The position numbers were made by a program, and so were the translations under genes. Of a DNA stretch of 64,000 bases, positions 1 through 10,760 are shown one piece after another (positions within the stretch are counted from its first letter, which is position 1; each line of letters starts with the position of its first letter). The notes beneath the pieces were generated by a model. It had not been told where the DNA came from, ran no database searches, and was given only the letters and a program-made list of their open reading frames with translations. The stretch covers positions 1,312,001-1,376,000 of the forward strand of contig OZ252149.1 of assembly GCA_965248755.1 (NCBI GenBank). The letters are read 5' to 3'. The stretch is from Candidatus Latescibacterota bacterium (GTDB lineage: Bacteria; Latescibacterota; CBDEFO01).

Positions 1-124
1 CCACAGAATCGAGATTGCTTCGCCTTCGGCTCGCAATGACACCGAAGGCGGTTAAACGACATAACTATAATATAATACAATCCCTTAATTAATGCACGGC
101 GTTTTTTGTGAATTATTCAGGCTA
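1..124 (+). mobile_element. MITE copy 1 (partial, cut by window start)
   Basis: Near-identical to the right half of the elements at 38386, 44475 and 54212; ends TGAATTATTCAGGCTA. Confidence 0.85.
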
Positions 125-187
125 ATAAGGAGAAAAAAAGGGCAGACAGTGTACAGGACTTCCTACCTACCCTGGCTGGCGTAAATC

Positions 188-2323
188 TTGGGCGATAAAA
201 GGATGGTCAATTCAAGGGATTCTGACAGGGTAAAGATAAAAGAAGCCATAGAGAAACTGGATGGTCTTCCCACACTGCCTTCGGTGGTGGTGGAGATAAT
301 GAACAGGGTGCTCGATGAGAGGTCCAGCATCCAGGATGTCGCAGAACTTGTGGAACAGGATCCATCTCTGACAGCTAAAGTTCTCATGGTTGCCAACTCC
401 GCTCACTACGGAAGGCCCAAAGCCGTATCCACAGTTAAAGATGCCATAGTTACCCTGGGATTTAATAAGCTCAAGAGCATCGTGTTGAGCATCTCTTTGA
501 TAGACACTTTGGAATCGCTGGAAAACTCCAAGTTAGACATCAAGGAGTTCTGGCGACACTCCTTGTCCTGCGCTGTTTTATCCCAGGACATAGCAGAAAG
601 GCTCTGTTTCGACTTTTCCGATGAAGTGTTCGTAGCCGGTTTGCTTCACGATATAGGGAAACTAATTCTGGATGTGCAGGTCCCTGACAGATTTGGGTGT
701 GCGCTCGAACTATCTATCAAGGAGAGAATCGACTCTCCTGAGGCGGAAAGGCGCACAATCGGAGTTGACCACGGTCTGGTGGGGAAGTGGATTATGGAAA
801 AGTGGAGACTGCCCGATCATCTGATCGGAGTTGCCTGGCTGCATCACACCCCGCCAGATTTAGATACAAAGAAGAACGGACGGGAACAGCTTATGACCTC
901 TTTGGTCGCTTTGGCTGATAACGTATCCAATGCCTGTTCCGGAAAGATCTGGACAGTTGGATCCTTCGATAAGATAGAAAAGCTAAAAGATAGATTCAAG
1001 ATGTCCGAAGACGACCTAAAGGAGATAACTTCAAAGGCCACAGAAAAAGTTGAGGAGATAGCTCAGATTTTAGGTCGAGACATAGGCTCCAGGCAGGACA
1101 TTTTTACTCTTGTGCAGAGAGCCAATCAGGAACTGAGCCGGATGAGCCTGGATTTAGATCACTCCTATCGAAAATTGCAGGAGGCGCAAGAGCAGATAGT
1201 CCGGATGGAAAGGCTCAATGTTTTAGGACACGTAGCAGCGGGAATTGCACACGACTTTAATAATGTTCTAGCTACGATTTTGGTCAATGTCTCCCTTGCA
1301 AAGTATGCAAAATCGGAAGATGAAATCTCTGAGGTATTGACTACGATAGAGAAAGTGTCCATAAAGGCAAAGGACTTGACCCAGCAATTGCTCACCTTTT
1401 CCAGCGGCGGAGCGCCGATTAAGGAGACGATCTCTATCTCAGAATTAATAAAAGATTCAGTCGGCTTTGCCTTGAGAGGCTCCAATGTTAAGTGCGAATT
1501 CTCCTTCCCTGACGGTCTTTTGGCGGTTGAAGTTGATGAAGGACAGATAAGTCAGGTCATCAACAATTTGATTATCAACGCTGACCAGGCAATGCCCCAC
1601 GGCGGGACAATTAAGATGCGTGCTGAAAATGTTACCGTAGGAGCAAAAGGCGCTCTCCCTTTGCAGGAGGGAAAATACATAAAAACATGCGTTGCAGATC
1701 AGGGGATCGGTATAGCCCAGGAGCATCTTGATAAGATATTCGATCCCTTTTTCACGACTAAACAGGAGGGCAGCGGCCTTGGTCTTACGACTTCCTATTC
1801 CATAGTTACGAACCACGATGGGTACATAAGTGTAGAATCCGAGTTGGGAGTTAGAACCACCTTCCATATCTATCTCCCCGCTACCTCAAAAGAAATCCAG
1901 ATAAAGGAAGATGTAGAGGAAAAACCCCTTGCCGGCAAGGGCAAGATTTTGATCATGGACGATGAGGAAGACATCAGAGAGTCCCTCAGCCAGATACTGA
2001 CTCATTTTGGATATGAGGCACAGTTTGCCGAAGATGGCGCCGCAGCTATCAAGCTTTACAAGCAGGCCCAGAAATCAGGACAGCCCTTTGATGCAGTTAT
2101 TATGGATTTAACTGTGCCTGGCGGTATCGGGGGAAAAGAAGCCATCAGGAAGCTGCTTGAAATAGACCCTGAGGTTAAGGCCATTGTATCGAGCGGTTAT
2201 TCTAACGATCCGGTATTAGCCAATTTCAGGCAATATGGTTTCAGCAGTTTTGTTGCCAAACCATATAAGGTCGAAGAACTGAGCAAGACATTACGCGAGG
2301 TGATAATGGGAACGAGTGAATGA
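188..2323 (+). CDS. HDOD-domain hybrid sensor histidine kinase (HDOD-HisKA-HATPase-REC)
   Basis: LPTLP..DPSLTAKVL and GLLHDIGK (HDOD), IAHDFNN H-box, NLIINA, DQGIGI, FFTTK, GLGL boxes, C-terminal receiver. Confidence 0.9.
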   Translation: MGDKRMVNSRDSDRVKIKEAIEKLDGLPTLPSVVVEIMNRVLDERSSIQDVAELVEQDPSLTAKVLMVANSAHYGRPKAVSTVKDAIVTLGFNKLKSIVLSISLIDTLESLENSKLDIKEFWRHSLSCAVLSQDIAERLCFDFSDEVFVAGLLHDIGKLILDVQVPDRFGCALELSIKERIDSPEAERRTIGVDHGLVGKWIMEKWRLPDHLIGVAWLHHTPPDLDTKKNGREQLMTSLVALADNVSNACSGKIWTVGSFDKIEKLKDRFKMSEDDLKEITSKATEKVEEIAQILGRDIGSRQDIFTLVQRANQELSRMSLDLDHSYRKLQEAQEQIVRMERLNVLGHVAAGIAHDFNNVLATILVNVSLAKYAKSEDEISEVLTTIEKVSIKAKDLTQQLLTFSSGGAPIKETISISELIKDSVGFALRGSNVKCEFSFPDGLLAVEVDEGQISQVINNLIINADQAMPHGGTIKMRAENVTVGAKGALPLQEGKYIKTCVADQGIGIAQEHLDKIFDPFFTTKQEGSGLGLTTSYSIVTNHDGYISVESELGVRTTFHIYLPATSKEIQIKEDVEEKPLAGKGKILIMDDEEDIRESLSQILTHFGYEAQFAEDGAAAIKLYKQAQKSGQPFDAVIMDLTVPGGIGGKEAIRKLLEIDPEVKAIVSSGYSNDPVLANFRQYGFSSFVAKPYKVEELSKTLREVIMGTSE

Positions 2324-2378
2324 TCCTGTAGGTAAAGAGTCTCTAAATGTAAAAGAGTCGGCGATACTCAAACACACA

Positions 2379-2408
2379 GTCCGTCAGAAATGGCGGGCTT
2401 TCTTTTTA
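2379..2408 (+). terminator. Putative intrinsic terminator
   Basis: gtccgtca-gaaa-tggcgggc hairpin followed by a T-rich tract. Confidence 0.6.
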
Positions 2409-2478
2409 TATAGTATTTATAGAATAGTTTATTCATACTAAATAATTGTAGAATATATATGTTATGATTTGAAAAAGG

Positions 2479-2507
2479 TTGACAAAGAGTCGGCATCGTC
2501 GTATATT
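2479..2507 (+). promoter_or_regulatory. Sigma70-type promoter
   Basis: TTGACA-17 nt-TATATT. Confidence 0.6.
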
Positions 2508-2715
2508 AAGACCCTGTCCAGTTTGGGGTTCACGTCATATCATAAAACAATAGTTGAAACTTTTTATCGACAAGTGCTTGATCCTAATTGCTTTTTACTA
2601 AGAGGACAGCGGCAAGGGGAATAGGCTTTTACGCGATACTGTACAAAACCTTTAAACTGTCAGAACTTGAAGATGTGCTGACAAAAACTTCAGCATGAAT
2701 TGAACTAAAGCTAAG

Positions 2716-3321
2716 ATGAAGATTAAAACACTGATAATTGACGACGACAAAGAATTTAGCGATTCGCTTAGTCATTACCTTACTCAAGAGGGTTTTGATG
2801 TTGAAAGTGTCACTGATCCCAAAAGGGCGATGGACAAACTTAAAAGTGGGATGCATCACGTGGTACTTCTGGATCTAAAAATGCCCGCAATAACAGGTGA
2901 TGATCTCCTTGTAGACATAAGGAAGTTCGACTCGGATGTGTCTGTAATCGTAGTGACGGGTTACCCGAGTACGGAATCGGCTGTCACCACGATGAAGCTG
3001 GGCGTTACTGATTACATTACGAAACCATTCAGGATGCCAGAACTTTTAGATGTTATTCAAAAGGCTCTGGCTGAGAGGGGCCTGGAAATTGATCCTGACG
3101 AAAAGTTAGCATCAGAGATAGGACAAAGGATTCGAGCTTTAAGGCAGGAAAAAGGGTTAACGATCAAGCAGTTGGCAAACAGGACAGGGCTATCGCTAAG
3201 CCTAATATCCAAGATCGAATTGGGAGACAGTTCAGCTTCAATTTCTACTTTACGTAAGATCGCCTCCGCCTTAAAAGTCCACATAAGTTACTTTTTTTTA
3301 GTGAGACAGGATAGAAATTAA
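2716..3321 (+). CDS. Response regulator with C-terminal XRE-type HTH
   Basis: IIDDD, LLDLKMP and KPF receiver motifs; IGQRIRALRQEKGLT...SKIELG HTH_3. Confidence 0.9.
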   Translation: MKIKTLIIDDDKEFSDSLSHYLTQEGFDVESVTDPKRAMDKLKSGMHHVVLLDLKMPAITGDDLLVDIRKFDSDVSVIVVTGYPSTESAVTTMKLGVTDYITKPFRMPELLDVIQKALAERGLEIDPDEKLASEIGQRIRALRQEKGLTIKQLANRTGLSLSLISKIELGDSSASISTLRKIASALKVHISYFFLVRQDRN

Positions 3322-3874
3322 ACTTATGATCGTGCAGGACATTTTAGACAAAAAGTTTGGCGATAGGAATGGAAGAGCGGGAATGAACTGAACCCGTTTT
3401 TCTGAGCACGTAATTGGACAAGTAAAGCAAGTTTTTCGCGTTGGTTGCACAGACTACCCGACTTGACAGTCTTACCTTTCTGTTGGTGGGCATACCTATT
3501 CTACCAAATCGAGTGGTGCAAGACAACTTATTTCTAATGTACATCTGTAAAGATAGAAGGTTTATTTGACATAACAGCCCCCGTGGAGACTCATTTTGAG
3601 CTCTTGCATGATTCTAAAAACTTGCTAAGCCATCTGTCCAGTTTTGATGTTTTGGGGTTCACGTTACTGTTTTGGGAGAAGAGCCTTCCGTTACGTGAAG
3701 GAGGATAAGACATGGCAACCGACTTCAAAGTGCTGAACATGATAAGAAGGATCCCCATGTTCGGGGAACTCTCAGTGGATGAGGCAAAGCTGGTGCTGAG
3801 CGTATGCCAGCAGAAGGAGTATCAGCCCAATGAGGTGATATTCAAGTACGGGGGAGGCAGCAGTGAGATGTTGA

Positions 3875-5500
3875 CCGACATTCCCCATATCACATTCATG
3901 AGGGATTATATTTCGATACATTCTTGTTTCTGAATTAATATTACCACTTTTACATTTTTCAACAAGTACTTTTTTCAATTAAAATAGTATTTTCCTCTGA
4001 ATTATCACTTTCTTTGTGTTTAAATCCTCCAATTAGAGACACCTCTCCATCGACTCACAAAAAAATGTGGCAGTTTAAACAGAATAACATCGCAATCGTT
4101 CAATCCGGGATAATATTTCGGCAAATAACCTCTTGTCTATCCCAACCTCAGCCATTTGAAACGTAATATATCCGCTGTGTCTGACAATCTTCGCTCCGAT
4201 TTTGATAAATTTCACGAGGAGGCTGCGTAGTGACCAGTGTTTGATTTTCTTCGGAAGAACAAAACGTCGCAGGAAGTTGCCCAAGTTGTAAGCCAGAACA
4301 AACAGCCAGAGCCTCACCTGATTGGAGACGAAACGCTTGCATGAGAGTCGGGTCCAGTTCAGAGCATACTTGCCCTCCTTAATCCACTGCTCAGCTCTGC
4401 CACGGCCATTGTAGAAGTGTACCACGCCTTCTGGCTTGGCGCTCATGTTGGTCACGATAAATCCCACTCTTGGGAATAACTCCCCTTGGTGCCATTCAAC
4501 CTTGGCGACCACTCGCCTCGATTGATCCCAACTGGCCGCTTTATATTGAAATTCATATAACGATACAATCGGTTTCCTCGGCGGTCGTCCAACTGGCCGA
4601 GTCAGCAGGTATCGTATCTTTTCATAGAGTATCTCATTTGCGGGAAGCCGAATGGCATACAAATAGCCGTTTCCCTCCAGATAATCATAAATCTCAGGCT
4701 TTGCGAATGCAGCATCGCCTCGAAAGTATTTCCTATTCTTCTTGCTCTCGTATCTCTTGACGATCGGTTCCAGAACTTCCTTCCAACGATCAGCACTGTG
4801 AACATTACCAGAGCGAAGTAGGACTCCTTCACAATCCCCGAACTGATTGAAGCAGAACACTGGATGAAAACAGGTACATCCGAAATGACCGTTGTAAGCT
4901 GATCCTTCCTGCTGGCCATGTACCGGACTCTCCGAACTGTCCATGTCCAGAATGATTCGTTGATGCTGTGTTTTACTCATCGCTTTTTGAACCCACTTGC
5001 CATTGATATCTGACAAGTTTCTGAGATTGTCATGCTGAGTCAGTATATCAGTTTCAAAACGTCCTATCGTGTTGGAGCTGGCAGCTTGCCTGCCTTTGTC
5101 CTTCTTTCCGGTAATCGCTCGCATGACGGGATCAACGGATAATCGCTCGGCGTCATTTACATCTTCATATCCTGCAAGACGGCTGTATATCGATTGACGC
5201 AGGAGAGTAGATATATCATGTTGGATATTACGGCCTGTGCGTTTATCGGTAAAAACCGCTGATACCGAATCAAATAATCCCAGTGCGTAATCAAGGTCAC
5301 GATACGCAAGAAGTCCACCGTTTGATGTCACCTTTGCACCATGAAATTCAAGCTTTATTCCTCCATCAAAACCTACTTTGATTCTTTCACCCTCTGGATG
5401 ATCAATATTTATCCGCCATTTATGAGTCTTATTTATTGTAATATAACATGTTCTGGCGACTTTGACAACCATTTTTCGGGTCTAATATGGCGAATGGGGG
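3875..5500 (-). mobile_element. IS1380-family insertion sequence
   Basis: 16-bp imperfect TIRs (CCGACATTCCCCATAT / CCCCCATTCGCCATAT); 5-bp target duplication GTTGA at 3870-3874 and 5501-5505. Confidence 0.92.
4075..5472 (-). CDS. IS1380-family DDE transposase
   Basis: GYEDVND, ILDMDSS, RGDAAF and YNGRGRAEQWIKEGK motifs. Confidence 0.93.
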   Translation of the reverse strand: MVVKVARTCYITINKTHKWRINIDHPEGERIKVGFDGGIKLEFHGAKVTSNGGLLAYRDLDYALGLFDSVSAVFTDKRTGRNIQHDISTLLRQSIYSRLAGYEDVNDAERLSVDPVMRAITGKKDKGRQAASSNTIGRFETDILTQHDNLRNLSDINGKWVQKAMSKTQHQRIILDMDSSESPVHGQQEGSAYNGHFGCTCFHPVFCFNQFGDCEGVLLRSGNVHSADRWKEVLEPIVKRYESKKNRKYFRGDAAFAKPEIYDYLEGNGYLYAIRLPANEILYEKIRYLLTRPVGRPPRKPIVSLYEFQYKAASWDQSRRVVAKVEWHQGELFPRVGFIVTNMSAKPEGVVHFYNGRGRAEQWIKEGKYALNWTRLSCKRFVSNQVRLWLFVLAYNLGNFLRRFVLPKKIKHWSLRSLLVKFIKIGAKIVRHSGYITFQMAEVGIDKRLFAEILSRIERLRCYSV

Positions 5501-6228
5501 GTTGATCCTCATGTCTGGTGAACTGGACGTAAGGTCCCTCGGCGGTGTCAGCGTAGCTCAGATCAACCCTGGACAAATGGTAGGGGAAATGGGCGTCATC
5601 ACGGGAAAGATCAGGTCAGCGACGGTAGTTTCTTCAGAAAAGTCAATAGCGCTGAGCTTGAACACCGCGGAGTTCGACAGACTGCTCAGAAAATACCACT
5701 ATATAGGTCTCAAGATGTTAAGAAATGTTATAAACGATCTCTCTGTAAAGACCAGAATAAGCAATTCCCGATTTTTTACGTAACCCTAGGGGTTTAGCTG
5801 ATGGATAGGAGCACCGCAGATCAATCCTAAGGCACTCTAAACACTCCAACGGGAAGGAGCATTACCTTTGGGAGTGGTATGGACGTGAATAAGATGAAAG
5901 CGGCGTATGAGAAAATGCAAAAGAATAGATAGGAAGCATCGCACTTAGCAGGTGGACTGGAGAACGTTTCGTAGTACAGAGACCTTTGACGCAAAGGAGT
6001 TCAACGATGGAGCTTTTGTGGCCAGGCAACCGATCTTTGAAAAAGAGCAAGATCTCTAGCCTTAGGATCTATTGTTTCGCGCCGGGCTCGATAGCTTCTA
6101 TTAGAGCTCGAACAGAGACCAAGCCTCATTGAGGTTATCACCGAGAGTTTAGTGATAGTAACTGGAGTGGGCGAGCTGCAATTTTAAGTAGGACGAGGTC
6201 AAGCGACAGTCAAACTTGACCGCGATAC

Positions 6229-6420
6229 TTATATATAGTCATCAGGATGCTTCAAGTGTTCGCACCGGCAATCAGGAGATTCATGTAATCTTTGCCAGGG
6301 AAGATAGCCCTCCAGATTCTTATCCGCCCCCACGTATGCCTGTGCCCTGTGGGTATTGTCTTTGGGATCGGTCACAGAGACATCCACACGGTCGTAGTAT
6401 TTTGGGTATCCTCCTTTTTT
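6229..6420 (-). pseudogene. Gamma-glutamylcyclotransferase-like gene remnant
   Basis: Fragment GYPKYYDRVDVSVTD...AQAYV resembles the C-terminal half of GGCT/AIG2; no intact 5' part. Confidence 0.45.
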
Positions 6421-6685
6421 TGTCAAGGTCGGGAAATTCGTCGCCAGGAATCTCAAATGCTATGGCCTATACCCTATCCCCTGGGCTCGAAGAAGTAGCC
6501 AGGGACTCTCCCTTTGCATCCCCGAAAATCAGAGAAAAATATTCCTTGCATGTTTGAAATTATGTCGTATATTTTGTACTCAGATGAATCACATCATGAT
6601 GATTTCTGAATCTTTAAGGGAGGATGAGCGTCTAAATGATGGGGAATATCTTTGTCAACCCTTATTCCTGAAGGGAGTGATCAGT

Positions 6686-7486
6686 ATGAATAGACGTATA
6701 ACAGCGTTGTTGGCTATCGGAATCTTCGCTTCATTCTTCGCATTCGGGTGCGGCTACACCAAGCTCAGAGCCCCCAGAATGCCCTCCGACAGTCCTAAAG
6801 GCGAAGAGATCGAAGACAAGTGGCTAAGAGGCGAGATCTCCGACGAAGATTTTCCCGACGTCGAAATTATCAATGAGGGGCCAGAGACAGGTGAGATCAG
6901 TCCGCTTGACAAATACGACCCTTATGCACCGGGTGTTAGGAACCGCAGATCGTATCCCGGTGATTACGGATCTTACAACGGGTTGGGCTACTACGACGGC
7001 TACGGTTCTCCTCTTAATTCCGGATATTACGGAGATACTGGGGGCTACTATGGAAATTCCGGAGGGTACTATGTGCCTCCTGGATATGAACTGGTCCCGA
7101 TAAACGATCCTGCTCAGACAGACCCCAATACGGTCAAAGAGGGGGATATCATAGAGAAGATCAATGTACCTGCTGGACACGAACTTGTGAAGGTCGGCAA
7201 TTCGTACGAGCTCAGGCCTATTCCGGGCTACCAGCCTGAGCCTATACCAGCCCCTCAGAGGACGAGGACACTGTCGATAAGGCGGAGCGCCGAGAGGTCG
7301 CCTTATAGCAGTTCGTACACTGCCGAGCAGTCGAGAACGGAGAGCATCCGGACTGTCAAGCGCTCTGTGTCGTCAAGCAGGGCTGGTTCTGCCTCCAAGG
7401 CATCAGCTGGAAGCAGTAAGAAAGCGGCTAAATCCAGTTCGAAAAAATCTCCGCCTAAAAGGAGAACAGGACAAGGAAGATTCTAA
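6686..7486 (+). CDS. Putative lipoprotein with G/Y-rich repeats and a S/K/R-rich tail
   Basis: RBS GGGAG, signal peptide ending AFGC, low-complexity body. Confidence 0.7.
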   Translation: MNRRITALLAIGIFASFFAFGCGYTKLRAPRMPSDSPKGEEIEDKWLRGEISDEDFPDVEIINEGPETGEISPLDKYDPYAPGVRNRRSYPGDYGSYNGLGYYDGYGSPLNSGYYGDTGGYYGNSGGYYVPPGYELVPINDPAQTDPNTVKEGDIIEKINVPAGHELVKVGNSYELRPIPGYQPEPIPAPQRTRTLSIRRSAERSPYSSSYTAEQSRTESIRTVKRSVSSSRAGSASKASAGSSKKAAKSSSKKSPPKRRTGQGRF

Positions 7487-7533
7487 CGTAGAACTTTAAG
7501 GAATTGCACCTTCATCAGACTGAGGAATATAGT

Positions 7534-7570
7534 GCAAAAGGGAGAGCCTAATATAGACTCTCCCTTTTGC
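7534..7570. terminator. Intrinsic terminator hairpin
   Basis: gcaaaagggagag...ctctcccttttgc inverted repeat. Confidence 0.75.
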
Positions 7571-7629
7571 CATTTTCGGCACACCAAGAAAGTTCTTCGA
7601 AACTCTTTTGGGAAAAGGGGAAATAAGCG

Positions 7630-9471
7630 GTGAAGAGACACGCCCTCTTGTTCATATCCCTGCAGATCAGCAGGGCTGCCCTGTCTCCCCCCATTAAATC
7701 TATCGGGCGTTACTGTCTTCTGTCTGCTTTAATCGTGCTTGCAGGTTGCGCCAGTCCTGCCAAAAAACACTACCGAGCCGGAAGTGAATACCATTCCAGA
7801 GGTCTTTTGGACGAAGCCATATCCGAATACCGGCAGGCTCTCGACATACAGCCCGAATACGCCAGAGCGCAGTTCCATCTGGCAAATGCCTACTCAGATA
7901 AGGGTCTCCTGAACGAGGCTGTATCGGAGTATAAGAAGGTACTTAAGAGGTATCCCGGATATGCAGAAGCCCACTATAACCTCGGGCTGGTATATGCCTT
8001 AAAGGGCCTACTGGACGAAGCTATCAAAGAGTACGAAAGGGCGCTGTGGATATATCCGGATTTCGTGGAAGCTCACTACGGCCTTGGAGAGGTTTACAGA
8101 CAGAAGGGACAACTAGACCGAGCCGAAGCAGGATACAGAAGGGCACTGAGGCTCTACCCAGGTTTTGCTGAAGCTCACCACGGCCTTGGAGAGGTTTTTA
8201 GAAAGAAAGGATGGTCTGACCGTGCTATTTCAGAATACCAGACCGCCATCGGCATACGTCCCAGCTACGAAGAAGCGCACTATGGCCTTGCGTTAGTGTT
8301 CGCAGACAAGGGACTTCTGAAAGAATCCATCGCGAGATATCAAAGGGTGCTAGAGCTGGATCCCAATTTCGTCCAGGCTTACCTCCAACTTGGAAACGCC
8401 TACAAGAAAGAGGGACTCCTGGATCGGGCTACAGATAGCTATAGAAAAGCAATAGACCTTTATCCTGATTACGCTGAAGCCCACAGGGAATTAGCTGATG
8501 CCTACAGACGAAATGGGATGGCCAACGAGGCACTTGAAGAATATAGGATCTACCGGGAGAAAGAGCTCCTTTACAGAGCCAGACCGCACAACAGCTTGGC
8601 TCTTTCCTACGCCAACAACGGCCTTATGGATGAAGCTATAAAGGAATGGAAAGAAGCATTAGAAATATATCCCGGCTACGCCGAAGTCCATAACAACCTT
8701 GGAAACGCTTATCTGCAGAGGGGTACAATCGAGGAAGCTATAAGAGAATACAAAAACGCCATAAGGATCGAGCCGAGCCTCGCCTTAACGCACAGCAATC
8801 TCGGAAGCGCATACTCCCAGAAGGGGTTGTTGGACGAGGCAATAGTAGCATGGAAGGAAGCAGTAGAGATTGAACCTAACTACGCCGGAGCCCACTATAA
8901 CCTTGGAAACGCCTACTCCCAAAAGGGGATGATCAACGATGCTATAGAGGAATACAGAAAAACTGTGGAGATAGATCCAAAACAGGTGCTGGCACACAAC
9001 AACTTAGGGGTAAAATACTATTACAAGGCCCGATACGATGAGGCTATATCGGAATTCCAGAAAGCCCTATCTATTGACTCCAGCTATGTAAACGCCCAGT
9101 CTAACATAGGGGACATATATAAACACAGAGGAATGTACAACGTTGCCGTAGCTGAGTTTCAAAAAGCCCTGAAGATGAATCCCCACTACGGCTACGCTTA
9201 TGGCAGATTGGCCTCCATCTACTACATCCAGGGTCTATACGAACAGGCCCAGTCAGCCCTAGAGGAGGCAGAAAAGTTCCAGGACGATCCCTGGGCATCC
9301 TACAGCATCGGGTGCTACTACTCCCTCAAACGCGACCTACAGACGTCCCTTATGTGGATCAAACGGGCAATTGATCTTGGGCTTAAAGACTTCGAATGGA
9401 TGAAGCACGATAAGGACTTAGACTTCATAAGAGAGGAACCTGAATTTAAGGAGATGATCGCATCAGAGTAA
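7630..9471 (+). CDS. TPR-repeat lipoprotein
   Basis: LAGC lipobox; many 34-aa AHYNLG/AI.EY..AL...P repeats. Confidence 0.92.
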   Translation: MKRHALLFISLQISRAALSPPIKSIGRYCLLSALIVLAGCASPAKKHYRAGSEYHSRGLLDEAISEYRQALDIQPEYARAQFHLANAYSDKGLLNEAVSEYKKVLKRYPGYAEAHYNLGLVYALKGLLDEAIKEYERALWIYPDFVEAHYGLGEVYRQKGQLDRAEAGYRRALRLYPGFAEAHHGLGEVFRKKGWSDRAISEYQTAIGIRPSYEEAHYGLALVFADKGLLKESIARYQRVLELDPNFVQAYLQLGNAYKKEGLLDRATDSYRKAIDLYPDYAEAHRELADAYRRNGMANEALEEYRIYREKELLYRARPHNSLALSYANNGLMDEAIKEWKEALEIYPGYAEVHNNLGNAYLQRGTIEEAIREYKNAIRIEPSLALTHSNLGSAYSQKGLLDEAIVAWKEAVEIEPNYAGAHYNLGNAYSQKGMINDAIEEYRKTVEIDPKQVLAHNNLGVKYYYKARYDEAISEFQKALSIDSSYVNAQSNIGDIYKHRGMYNVAVAEFQKALKMNPHYGYAYGRLASIYYIQGLYEQAQSALEEAEKFQDDPWASYSIGCYYSLKRDLQTSLMWIKRAIDLGLKDFEWMKHDKDLDFIREEPEFKEMIASE

Positions 9472-9693
9472 GCGATCTCTGTCTGTGAGGAGATAAAGCT
9501 TCTATCTGTTGTGTGGCTGGTCGCTCTCGCCCACTCCTGTAAGATATACGGAGAATACCCCGACACTACGTCATATACCTACCCCATCGGCTAAACGGGC
9601 AGGAAAGCCTGTCAAATCAGCAACAAATGATTACATATTGTACAACTTGCACCGACCACGATGATTTTGAGTGTTTACTCCTTCAGCTTTTGT

Positions 9694-9765
9694 GCCTAAC
9701 AACCAAGCTCTCCAGCCGTTATGCAACGTAGCGGAAAAGCGGTGGGGCGCGTGGTCATGTTATGT
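9694..9765 (-). other. Integron attC site (72 bp)
   Basis: Minus strand ACATAAC...GTTAGGC imperfect palindrome; clear paralogue of the 10685 site. Confidence 0.8.
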
Positions 9766-9989
9766 TTTTCTGTTAATTGTAGCGGAAGTAACCCATCAGA
9801 AGGGGTAAAGTGTCTGCATGTGCTCTATCTGTCCAAGAGAGTGCATCGTGTTCTTCAAATAGTTCCTATTTCTTTGGTGACGAGAACTTTGATCAAAATA
9901 TGTTGCCTAATCTATAGCAAAACTATACAATATGATCCCATTTAACCCATAATTGGCGTTTTCGGACGACTTCTACTGTAGCAACTATT

Positions 9990-10598
9990 TCACAAGGCTT
10001 TTAATGATATTTCAATTTTTGGAGCGATATCAAGATCCTTATTGGGTTCTCGTATAGGTTTGATGCTTCTGAGTTCGACTATCATTTCAATAACGACATT
10101 TCTGAATGTATTAATTTCAAACATGATTTCTTCAGGTTTTTTTCCACCATATCTATCGTTGCGCACAAACAGCGTAATTTTATCAGTCTGCCAATCTCCT
10201 CTATATCCATAATCAGCCCTCCAATGAGCTGGTTGAGAAAAGTACCGAAAAGAATTTAAAAAATATTGTCGTACATGTGTCGGATCTTCAAAAGCATCAT
10301 TACTTGAACCGAATGGAAGCTTAAAAGTTGCCTTAGCATCTTTTATCGAAATTCTGTGGAGTTCTTGCATAAATGAGAGAGGGTTATGCAAGTGTTCAAT
10401 TACATGGCTCGCAAAAAATTCTTCGATGTAATTTTCTTCAAAAGGTAAAGGGGTGTGTTTGCAATCATCCAAATCAGCCACGATATCTACGCCTTCAAGT
10501 TCAGCGGAGTCCAAATTAATCCATCCATCTAGTATATTTCTTCCACATCCTAAATGTAGTTTCCTCATTTTATCTTTAACATATTTATGTTGATTCAT
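9990..10598 (-). CDS. Class I SAM-dependent methyltransferase (gene cassette)
   Basis: LHLGCG, GWINLD, HVIEHL and DPTH motifs; AT-rich; lies between two attC sites. Confidence 0.88.
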   Translation of the reverse strand: MNQHKYVKDKMRKLHLGCGRNILDGWINLDSAELEGVDIVADLDDCKHTPLPFEENYIEEFFASHVIEHLHNPLSFMQELHRISIKDAKATFKLPFGSSNDAFEDPTHVRQYFLNSFRYFSQPAHWRADYGYRGDWQTDKITLFVRNDRYGGKKPEEIMFEINTFRNVVIEMIVELRSIKPIREPNKDLDIAPKIEISLKAL

Positions 10599-10684
10599 TT
10601 TTCCCCTCTCGCAATTTGCAGCCATGTTAATGACAGCATGAACACTGCTAGCTTGATAATTCTATTTCTAACACATCTTACGAA

Positions 10685-10756
10685 AGCTAACAACCAAGCT
10701 CACCAGCCGTTATACAACGTACCGGAATAGCGGTCAGGTGTAGCGCCTTGTTATAT
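10685..10756 (-). other. Integron attC site (72 bp)
   Basis: Minus strand ATATAAC...GTTAGCT, 4 nt after the stop of 10761-11558. Confidence 0.85.
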
Positions 10757-10760
10757 TTCA

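Larger units (their letters stand above)
3712..5783 (+). pseudogene. Cyclic-nucleotide-binding protein interrupted by an IS1380-family element
   Basis: Joining 3712-3874 to 5506-5783 restores a 146-aa frame ...SSEMLILMSGELDV...GEMGVITGKIRSATV. Confidence 0.9.

Noticed and set aside
5784..6228. ncRNA or small gene
   Set aside because: No convincing ORF, repeat or RNA signature.
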